DNA of 64,000 nucleotides from Escherichia coli (GTDB lineage Bacteria; Pseudomonadota; Gammaproteobacteria; Enterobacterales; Enterobacteriaceae): NCBI RefSeq assembly GCF_002854065.1, contig NZ_CP024147.1; one strand, 5' to 3'. Shown piece by piece: positions 10,759 to 18,770 of this stretch (position 1 is its first letter; each line of letters starts with the position of its first letter). The notes under the pieces were generated by a model. It saw only the letters and a program-made list of their open reading frames with translations, ran no database searches and was not told where the DNA came from. The position numbers and the translations under genes were made by a program.

Positions 10759-11649
10759 ATGCGCTCATGGTTCTGTTTAATTGCACTGTTGTTGCCTGGC
10801 ATTGTATTTGCGAGTGGTGAGATGATTATTCAGCCTCAAAGTAAGGGGGCGGTTCACTTCCTTGCCCGTGGTCTTTCTTCTGGCGGCGACAATATTATCT
10901 CTGCTGCTTACAGCGCCGGGCGGCCTCTGTCTGTTTTATTTAGCCCGACAGGAAACGGACATTGTGAGGGCGATTTTTTGGCTGTGGATCATCTCCGGTT
11001 GTCTGTTCAGCAAGCAGGTGAAAATACTTCTTATACCTGTGGCGTTCCGGTAACGATCGAAAGTCCTTCGAAGGATGGGATCCTGCGCCTTCAGTTAACG
11101 AACTCGACGTCTGTTCAGGATTTCTCCTCATTGATGAGAACAGACGGGGGCCTGAGACAGCAAATTGGTAATTTGCAAATAACCCAGCAAGGTAATGAAA
11201 GTTTTATTGTCCCGATTTATCTGGATCTCACTATTTTGCAGAATCAGGTGGTTACGATAGCTGCTTCATTTGAAAAGCCATCTCTTCAACTTGGGCTGGT
11301 AGGCCCGGAACATGATGCTTCAGAGACTGTGGGTCTGCGCGTCAGCAAAACATTACAGGCAGGTGAGGAGGCGATGCTTTATCGCGTAACATTTGAATCT
11401 TCTCAACTGAAGGATAATAGGTTCCATTTACTATCCTCTGTTGATCATCAGTTTATTCCTTATCAAATCTATATATCTGGTGTCGAAGTTACCCCTTCTC
11501 AGCCTTATGTAAGTGAGCTGCCGCAGGGAAAGGCAACTTCTGAATTGCTTGATGTAAGATTCAATTTGTCTGGCCGAGCTGTTCGTGGCATGGCTGCCGG
11601 TTCGCGCTTACTTGATACGGTAACCGCAGTAGTAACCCCGGAAAGTTAA
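10759..11649 (+). CDS. Secreted two-domain fimbrial subunit, probable tip adhesin or minor pilin
   Basis: 296 aa with signal peptide; C-terminal beta-strand motif LLDTVTAVVTPES similar to the pilin C-terminus. Confidence 0.45.
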   Translation: MRSWFCLIALLLPGIVFASGEMIIQPQSKGAVHFLARGLSSGGDNIISAAYSAGRPLSVLFSPTGNGHCEGDFLAVDHLRLSVQQAGENTSYTCGVPVTIESPSKDGILRLQLTNSTSVQDFSSLMRTDGGLRQQIGNLQITQQGNESFIVPIYLDLTILQNQVVTIAASFEKPSLQLGLVGPEHDASETVGLRVSKTLQAGEEAMLYRVTFESSQLKDNRFHLLSSVDHQFIPYQIYISGVEVTPSQPYVSELPQGKATSELLDVRFNLSGRAVRGMAAGSRLLDTVTAVVTPES

Positions 11650-11662
11650 ACTGGAGAATAAA

Positions 11663-12172
11663 ATGAAATTAACTTTTTTACCTGTTGTGCTGTCGGTAGC
11701 ATTTTGTAGTCAGGTTCAGGCTGTTGTACCGGTCAAAACATCTATTGATGTGCAGGCTGAAATCAGTACTGCGGTTAATATTTATGTTAATGGCCAGGAT
11801 GTCACCAATAAATCTATCAGTGTCAATCTGAAAGATGAAGGTGGCTATATGAAAGGCAGTACGCCACCTTTCCAGTTTGTTGGCAACGCCAGTTCTGTTG
11901 CCCTTTCGCTCCAGGCTCCGCCAGCGAATGGGTTGGTCGGCCCTGAAAATAAAGTTATGCCTTTACTGACATCCTGGTTCAATCCGGATGCGAATGCTGA
12001 AGTTTCGACAAGTTTTCCCTTTTCAAATATCAAGGTTTATCCAACGTTACAGGACGTACCTGATCCACAGAATGGTGTAAAAGTGGTATTTCGCTCGAAG
12101 GAGCGTAGCGAAACTTTCCCCTTGGGAACATATAGCGGGACTTATACCGTTATTGTAACGCCATCAGTTTAA
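11663..12172 (+). CDS. Major pilin of CS1/CFA-I-like (class 5) fimbriae
   Basis: 169 aa, signal peptide MKLTFLPVVLSVAFCSQVQA, C-terminal motif GTYSGTYTVIVTPSV resembling CfaB/CooA C-termini. Confidence 0.55.
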   Translation: MKLTFLPVVLSVAFCSQVQAVVPVKTSIDVQAEISTAVNIYVNGQDVTNKSISVNLKDEGGYMKGSTPPFQFVGNASSVALSLQAPPANGLVGPENKVMPLLTSWFNPDANAEVSTSFPFSNIKVYPTLQDVPDPQNGVKVVFRSKERSETFPLGTYSGTYTVIVTPSV

Positions 12173-12716
12173 CGGGCCAGCGATCCCCCCAATAAGGCTG
12201 AGGAGTCCCCAGAAAAGAAGACAGGCATAGAGTTTTGTGATCTACTGATTGCGCTAACAAATTCAATGAGATCACCTCTATGCCTGCCCGTTAAGTATGT
12301 CAGGCTTTTTTCCGTAATGCTCTAACTTCCACACATTGGTTTCTGACATCAAATAAGGCTATGACTTTCTCTCCCTTTTAATCTCATTCTGATCTAAAAC
12401 CATATCTTAAAAAAATTAATGGGTATTTTAATTATTCTGATGTTGATCTAAATCACTCAAGGACCATTTTATTACCGATTATCCATTCTATTTAACTATT
12501 GCGACATAAATGTTTGTTTTAGGTGCTGGTGGTAGTTCGTTTTTCTAGCATTCCAGTACGATTTGCTATTAATAATCAGTAGAAAATTCCTAATAATACG
12601 CATAAAAGAGATTAAAGATCGGTAAATTTGATCTATTTCCGATCATTGTTCTATTATTGCGTGTAATGAAATATGGTTTTAAATGAGCGCACAGCGATAA
12701 AACGAGGGATGATGAG

Positions 12717-13213
12717 ATGGCTGATAGTTTCCAGAATGAAGTGCCAAAGGCACGTATTAATCTAAAACTTGACCTGCATACGGGGGGGCCAGCAAGAAAA
12801 CTGAGCTTCCCCTGAAATTACTGGTGGCGGGAGACTTCAGTAATGGGCAGGAGACTGCGCCGCTATCAGATCGCGGAAAAGTAAATCTGAACAAAAATAA
12901 TTTTGACGCAGTCCTCTCCGAATATTCCCCAAAAGTTAATCTGACCGTTAAAAACACACTTGCTGATGATGGTAGCGAAGACAACATCTCTCTGATATTC
13001 CAGAGCATGAAGGATTTCACCCCTGAGCAGGTTTCCCGGCAAATTCCTCAGCTGAAGGCAATGCTTTCTATGCGTAACCTGCTTCGCGATTTAAAAGCGA
13101 ACTTGCTGGACAATCAGGCTTTCCGAAAGGAACTGGAAAAAATTCTGCTCGACCCGGCATTAAGCGCAGAACTCAGAGCCGAACTTTCAGCCCTGGCCCC
13201 AAAACACTCCTAA
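12717..13213 (+). pseudogene. tssB: Type VI secretion sheath small subunit TssB (VipA), interrupted by a -1 frameshift in a poly-G tract
   Basis: Frame 0 gives MADSFQNEVPKARINLKLDLHTGG then stops at 12813; the adjacent frame continues ASKKTELPLKLLVAGDFSNGQ..., matching the TssB consensus; shift lies in the 7-G run at 12782-12788. Confidence 0.8.
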
Positions 13214-13245
13214 CCGTCACCCGGTAATCACGGATTAACCAAGGA

Positions 13246-14793
13246 ATGCTCATGTCTGTAAAAAATGAAAACGCCGCGGCTGGCGCAAGCGTTGTGCTGG
13301 AACGTCCTGCTGCAGGCGGGGTTTATGCGTCCCTGTTTGAAAAAATTAATCTTAACCCGGTGTCTGAACTGAGCGCGCTGGATATCTGGCAGGACGCGCA
13401 GGCGATGTCAGATGCGACCGCTGATGAACGTTTAACGGCGGGGATGCAGGTGTTTCTGGAGTGCCTGACAAAATCGGGCTCAAAGGTTGAAAAACTCGAC
13501 AAAAACCTGATTGACCATCATATCGCGGAGCTGGACTACCAGATTAGTCGCCAGCTGGATGCGGTAATGCATAGCGAAGAATTCCAGGCGGTGGAGAGCC
13601 TGTGGCGCGGCGTGAAATCGCTGGTCGACAAAACAGATTTCCGCCAGAACGTGAAGGTTGAACTGCTGGATATGTCAAAAGAAGATCTGCGTCAGGACTT
13701 CGAAGATAGCCCAGAAATCATCCAGAGCAGACTGTATAAACATACATATATTGATGAGTACGACACCCCGGGTGGAGAGCCGATCGCTGCGCTGATTTCC
13801 GCTTACGAATTTGATGCGTCTGCGCAGGATGTCGCGCTGCTGCGTAATATATCAAAAGTCTCCGCCGCAGCGCATATGCCGTTTATCGGCTCTGCCGGCC
13901 CGAAATTTTTCCTCAAAGATTCGATGGAGGAAGTGGCGGCCATCAAAGACATTGGTAACTACTTCGACCGTGCGGAGTACATCAAGTGGAAATCCTTCCG
14001 TGAGACGGACGATGCCCGTTATATCGGTCTGGTGATGCCGCGCGTGCTGGGTCGCCTGCCGTATGGCCCGGATACTGTGCCGGTTCGTAGCTTCAACTAC
14101 GTGGAAGAAGTGAAAGGCCCCGATCACGATAAATATCTGTGGACCAACGCCTCGTTTGCCTTTGCATCCAACATGGTACGCAGCTTCATCAACAACGGCT
14201 GGTGTGTACAAATCCGTGGCCCGCAGGCCGGTGGTGCCGTCCAGGATCTGCCAATCCATCTGTACGATCTGGGCACCGGCAACCAGGTGAAGATCCCGTC
14301 AGAAGTGATGATCCCGGAAACCCGCGAATTTGAATTCGCTAACCTTGGCTTCATTCCGCTGTCCTACTACAAGAACCGCGACTACGCGTGCTTCTTCTCG
14401 GCGAACTCCACGCAGAAACCGGCGCTGTATGACACTGCGGATGCAACGGCTAACAGCCGCATTAATGCCCGTCTGCCTTACATCTTCCTGCTGTCGCGTA
14501 TCGCACACTACCTGAAGCTGATTCAGCGCGAAAATATCGGCACCACCAAAGACCGTCGTCTGCTGGAATTAGAACTCAACACCTGGGTTCGCAGTCTGGT
14601 GACCGAAATGACTGACCCGGGCGACGAGCTTCAGGCCTCTCACCCGCTGCGTGACGCGAAAGTGGTGGTGGAAGATATCGAAGACAACCCGGGCTTCTTC
14701 CGCGTCCGACTGTTCGCTATTCCGCACTTCCAGGTAGAAGGGATGGACGTCAACCTGTCACTGGTTTCTCAGATGCCAAAAGCCAAGTCGTAA
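13246..14793 (+). CDS. tssC: Type VI secretion sheath large subunit TssC (VipB)
   Basis: 515-aa ORF with typical TssC length and conserved blocks; immediately follows tssB. Confidence 0.85.
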   Translation: MLMSVKNENAAAGASVVLERPAAGGVYASLFEKINLNPVSELSALDIWQDAQAMSDATADERLTAGMQVFLECLTKSGSKVEKLDKNLIDHHIAELDYQISRQLDAVMHSEEFQAVESLWRGVKSLVDKTDFRQNVKVELLDMSKEDLRQDFEDSPEIIQSRLYKHTYIDEYDTPGGEPIAALISAYEFDASAQDVALLRNISKVSAAAHMPFIGSAGPKFFLKDSMEEVAAIKDIGNYFDRAEYIKWKSFRETDDARYIGLVMPRVLGRLPYGPDTVPVRSFNYVEEVKGPDHDKYLWTNASFAFASNMVRSFINNGWCVQIRGPQAGGAVQDLPIHLYDLGTGNQVKIPSEVMIPETREFEFANLGFIPLSYYKNRDYACFFSANSTQKPALYDTADATANSRINARLPYIFLLSRIAHYLKLIQRENIGTTKDRRLLELELNTWVRSLVTEMTDPGDELQASHPLRDAKVVVEDIEDNPGFFRVRLFAIPHFQVEGMDVNLSLVSQMPKAKS

Positions 14794-14811
14794 GGCGAGG
14801 GGAAATCAGGG

Positions 14812-16149
14812 ATGAAAATTTACCGCCCACTTTGGGAGGATGGGGCCGCTCTGGCCCCGCAACAGTTCCAGCAGCAGGACCGCTGGAGTGAACACGTTGC
14901 CGACATGGTCGCCCGGATGGGTATTTCTCATCCCTGGGGCGTGGTGGTGGCAGAATTTGATGATGCTGCGCTGGCGCTCTCGCGCCTGAACGCCACCCGT
15001 CTGGTCGTACGTTTCCAGGATGGCACGATTGTTGATACGGATCTGGCGGATAATCTTCCGCCAGTCTGTGATTTATCCGCCGCAAATGGCTCCGAGGCTG
15101 TTGAAGTGGTTGCCGCACTGCCGCTGTTGAGCGCCAGTGGCGGCAATCTGGATAACGGTCAGGAGAGTGAACGTCCACGTCGCTGGAAAACGGAGCGCGT
15201 AGTGGTCCAGGAGCTGGCCGGACACGAAAGTGGTGAACTGGCCATTCTGCGTTACGCCATGACGCTTCGTTTGTCCACGCAGGAAAACACCGCTTATCTG
15301 ACCTGCCCGGTCGCCCGTCTGGTGCGTAATGCGCAAGGGCAGTGGCGTCGCGATCCCTCCTTTATCCCGCCGATGCTCTCGGTTGCAGCAAGCCCCTGGC
15401 TGGTAAGCGAAATGAGTGACCTGCTGGTCCGCTTGCAGGCAAGACGCAAGCGTTTGATGGCGATGCGGCGTGAAAGCAACGAACGGATGGCCGATTTTGC
15501 GGTCGCCGATGTCTCATTATTCTGGCTGCTTAATGCGCTGAACAGCGCCGAGCCGGTGCTCGCTGAATTACTGCAAACACCGGACCGTCACCCTGAGTTG
15601 CTGTACCGCGAACTAACCCGTCTGGCGGGCAGCCTGCTGACCTTCTCACTGGAGCACGACGCAGGCGATATTCCTGCTTATCAGCATGATGCACCGGAGC
15701 GGGTATTCCCACCGTTGCTGGCACTGCTCGACAAGCTGCTGGAAGCGAGCCTGCCGTCGCGGGTGGTGAGTATCCACCTCGAGCATCAGGACCAAATCTG
15801 GAAAGGCGCCCTGCACGATGCGCGCTTGCGTGAAGGGGCTGACTTCTATCTCTCCGTACGTTCATCCATGCCAAACCATGAACTTCAGACGAAATTCCCG
15901 CGGCTGTGTAAAGCGGGCAGCTTTGATGATGTTTCGGATGTGGTGAATGTGGCCCTGAGCGGGATGGTTATCAAACCGCTAACGCATGTTCCGGCCGCTA
16001 TCCCGTTACGCCTTGAGAACCAGTATTTCTCGCTGGATCTGAGTACTGAAGCGGCACGCGCGATGCTTGAGATGGGCAGTTGCACCTTCTATACCCCGCG
16101 CTCACTGGGGGATGTGAATCTTGAACTCTTTGCGGTGCTGCGCTCATGA
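14812..16149 (+). CDS. tssK: Type VI secretion baseplate protein TssK
   Basis: 445 aa; N-terminal motif PLWEDGAALAPQQFQQQDRW matches the TssK shoulder-domain signature. Confidence 0.75.
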   Translation: MKIYRPLWEDGAALAPQQFQQQDRWSEHVADMVARMGISHPWGVVVAEFDDAALALSRLNATRLVVRFQDGTIVDTDLADNLPPVCDLSAANGSEAVEVVAALPLLSASGGNLDNGQESERPRRWKTERVVVQELAGHESGELAILRYAMTLRLSTQENTAYLTCPVARLVRNAQGQWRRDPSFIPPMLSVAASPWLVSEMSDLLVRLQARRKRLMAMRRESNERMADFAVADVSLFWLLNALNSAEPVLAELLQTPDRHPELLYRELTRLAGSLLTFSLEHDAGDIPAYQHDAPERVFPPLLALLDKLLEASLPSRVVSIHLEHQDQIWKGALHDARLREGADFYLSVRSSMPNHELQTKFPRLCKAGSFDDVSDVVNVALSGMVIKPLTHVPAAIPLRLENQYFSLDLSTEAARAMLEMGSCTFYTPRSLGDVNLELFAVLRS

Positions 16150-17123
16150 ATAAACCCGAACTCAGCCAGATAGAACGTATCTTCTACCCAGGCTGGCTGA
16201 TGGCCAGCCAGTTGCGGAGCGGCCAGGAAGTTCGCGACGGGGAAGGGCTTTACCGCCGGGCTTGCCGTTTGGTGAAAGAGGCAAAAGCTGCGCTCATGGA
16301 GGCAGGCTACAGCGACATCAGCCGCGACCATATGGTGTATGCCTTGTGTGCGCTGCTTGATGAGAGCGTGATGAACAGGGGCACCACCGATGATGGCTAC
16401 CTGACCTGGCACCGAGACCCGCTACCCGGGAGGTCTGACATGGTGGATAAAACGCAGCATTACCGTAATCACTGGGCACAGTGGACGGTTGCCGAAATTA
16501 CGTTTGTGGAACAACACTATGGTCAGTTGGACGTGCGATTTTCAGGAGAAGCCAGCGAGCAGGGATTAACAACTTTTCTTGATGCTTTTGATGAGTCCAG
16601 TCACTGGGTTTTAGTTGTACCATTATCACCCGGCTTGCTTCCTTTTAAAAAATGCCGGGTAACAACGGCGGAACTGGCGGAAACAACATTACCCGCGTCG
16701 CAAGTGCTGGTGGTTGAAAATGAGCAGTGTTTGCATCATCTTCCAGCATTATCTGACACTATCGCGATTTTAGGCTGTGGCCTGGACGTGCAATGGCTAT
16801 CCAGTTCTGTTCTGGATGAAAAACGCGTTGCCTATTGGGGGGACATGGATAGCTGGGGACTACTGATGCTGGCGAGAGCCAGGCGTTGTCGTCCGACGCT
16901 TGATGCCCTGCATATGAACCGTGAGTTGTTTGAGCAGTATGTCAGTCATAGCGCCGTTCCAGAACCGGTCATAGCGAAGGAAGCTGTACCTGATGGCTTG
17001 CTTAACGAGGAGGCCGATTTTTATCGCTACTTAACCCGTTTACCGCGTGGTCGTCTGGAGCAGGAGTTTTTGCCTGTGGGGATTGCGGAAGAGGTGCTTC
17101 TCAGGTGGGGAAAAGAGAGTTAA
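16146..17123 (+). CDS. tssL: TssL/DotU-like N-terminal domain fused to an unrelated C-terminal segment; probably a chimeric or degenerate ORF
   Basis: N-terminal region carries the DotU-like ALCALLDESVMN motif; the rest of the 325-aa ORF lacks the expected C-terminal transmembrane anchor; start overlaps the tssK stop (ATGA). Confidence 0.5.
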   Translation: MNKPELSQIERIFYPGWLMASQLRSGQEVRDGEGLYRRACRLVKEAKAALMEAGYSDISRDHMVYALCALLDESVMNRGTTDDGYLTWHRDPLPGRSDMVDKTQHYRNHWAQWTVAEITFVEQHYGQLDVRFSGEASEQGLTTFLDAFDESSHWVLVVPLSPGLLPFKKCRVTTAELAETTLPASQVLVVENEQCLHHLPALSDTIAILGCGLDVQWLSSSVLDEKRVAYWGDMDSWGLLMLARARRCRPTLDALHMNRELFEQYVSHSAVPEPVIAKEAVPDGLLNEEADFYRYLTRLPRGRLEQEFLPVGIAEEVLLRWGKES

Positions 17124-17483
17124 AAAAGTCATGCTTGTTCTGGAAGGTTATTTACGCGGTATTTTGGTAGTGGTTGTTGCGAAAAGTCTGCGTTGATGGT
17201 CCTGATACCTTACCGGGTAGAGGGACTTTGCATCAGTCAGTTTAGATACTGTGGCAACTGTCGCCTTTAGATGGACAAACGCATAAATTATTAACCTATT
17301 GAATTTCTTGTTTTCAGGCAGCAGAGAGAAGGTATATCAGAGGGTACTGAGGTGTATAAACGTCACGAACATCCGTGAAAAGGCGAAAAAAACCAGCCAA
17401 TAGATAATGCTTTGCAATGGCCAGAAATCTACCGTAGCCAGAAAGTGAAAAAGCCCCGCTTTGCAGCGAGGCCTTATGAATAG

Positions 17484-17559
17484 TGGTGCCCGGACTCGGA
17501 ATCGAACCAAGGACACGGGGATTTTCAATCCCCTGCTCTACCGACTGAGCTATCCGGGC
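17484..17559 (-). tRNA. pheV: tRNA-Phe (anticodon GAA)
   Basis: Reverse complement equals the E. coli tRNA-Phe sequence (GCCCGGATAGCTCAGTCGGTAGAGCAGGGGATTGAAAATCCCC...); speC/yqgA context identifies it as pheV. Confidence 0.95.
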
Positions 17560-17664
17560 AACGGGGCGCATTAAACCTGAATCGCCTCGTCTCGTCAATC
17601 AAATTTCTTCAATTTACTGCAGACTGCACAATCTATCATCACTTTGCCGCTATTGCACGCATTG

Positions 17665-18372
17665 TCAGGCAAACCAGGCGGTCCAGGCGGCGGAAAGCGG
17701 CATTGCCAGAAGGAGTGCTGGAAGCATGTTGACCACCGGGAACATTTTAATGCCACAGATGCGTAATCCGGTTGCCAGCAGCAATAAACCGCCTACGGCG
17801 CTGAAGTCTGCCATCATCGACGGTGTGGTCAGCGGTAATATCAGCGCGGCAGCCCACGCCAGCGTTAACTGGATGATCAGTAATGGGATACTAATCACCG
17901 ATACCGCAATACCCAGCGAGCAGGCGAAGATCATCGCCGTAAAGAAATCAAGAAATGACTTGGCGATTAAAATACTCGGATCGCCGGTCATCCCTTCGTT
18001 CATCGCCCCGAAGATCCCGGTGCCGCTGGCGCAAAACAGGACAATAATCGCGACATAATTCTGAATAAAAGATTCATGCGCTGGCTTCTTACGTGAGTGA
18101 CGAAACAGATTTTGTGCTTTGGCGACCGCTGTATTGACGCCTTTCTCCAGCAGACAAATTTCGCCGATTAATGCTCCGAGTAAGGTTGCTAAAACCATCG
18201 CTGGAAGGTTGGCGCATTTCACCACCAGTAAAATACCAATCCCCAGCGATGCCAGACCAAAAATTGATGTCATGGAGACGCGGATACGTTCCGGTAAGCG
18301 TTGGCTAAGCAGTGCACCGAGCATGCCACCCAGTAATATTGCACTTGCGTTGATAAAAGGGCCGATGACCAC
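17665..18372 (-). CDS. yqgA: Inner-membrane protein YqgA (DUF554)
   Basis: 235-aa polytopic membrane ORF, K-12 length and position next to pheV. Confidence 0.8.
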   Translation of the reverse strand: MVIGPFINASAILLGGMLGALLSQRLPERIRVSMTSIFGLASLGIGILLVVKCANLPAMVLATLLGALIGEICLLEKGVNTAVAKAQNLFRHSRKKPAHESFIQNYVAIIVLFCASGTGIFGAMNEGMTGDPSILIAKSFLDFFTAMIFACSLGIAVSVISIPLLIIQLTLAWAAALILPLTTPSMMADFSAVGGLLLLATGLRICGIKMFPVVNMLPALLLAMPLSAAWTAWFA

Positions 18373-18770
18373 AAGAGTTCCTGTTAACTGTATTGTTTGA
18401 TTTTCTTATTATGAACTTTTTGCCTTGTTGATGGCTTGTCTGGTCGCAAAGTCCTGGCTTGCACGTCTTAGCGAAAGGTGCCATGATTGCGCGAATTTTC
18501 TCCTCTCTGTACGGAGTTTGCCCGATGCACGCCATCTCCTTACATTCTCTCGCTTATCGCCGTTTCGCGCGAAACCCTTCTCTTTTTATGCTACTGCTCA
18601 TGCGGTGAAGTTAACGCACGTTCACTGCAGGACAACAGTAAAATCAGAGCGTTTCTGCTTTTACTGATGTCTGGCGGTCGGAGCTGGTGACCAGTTTGAC
18701 CCATATCTCATGGGGCAGGGTTTTACACCTTGTCCGGTATTCTTACTTCCCCGAAACGGGTTTTGCGCTT

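Noticed and set aside
16146-17123. Considered that the C-terminal half of the TssL-like ORF is a Wadjet JetD-type Toprim domain
   Set aside because: Only a loose E...DxD resemblance; no other Wadjet-like genes nearby and the N-terminus is DotU-like; kept only as a low-confidence note.
17124-17483. Looked for an integrase gene or a direct repeat of the tRNA 3' end marking an intact pheV island boundary
   Set aside because: No integrase-like ORF and no obvious repeat of the tRNA 3' end were found within the window; the island appears to be a deletion remnant.
17314-17598. 94-aa minus-strand ORF overlapping pheV
   Set aside because: It is simply a reading frame through the tRNA-Phe gene and its flanks; the tRNA call explains the conservation.
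18373-18770. Several 60-80 aa ORFs between yqgA and speC
   Set aside because: Overlapping frames in the speC promoter/leader region with no coding signal; K-12 has no genes annotated here as far as I recall.
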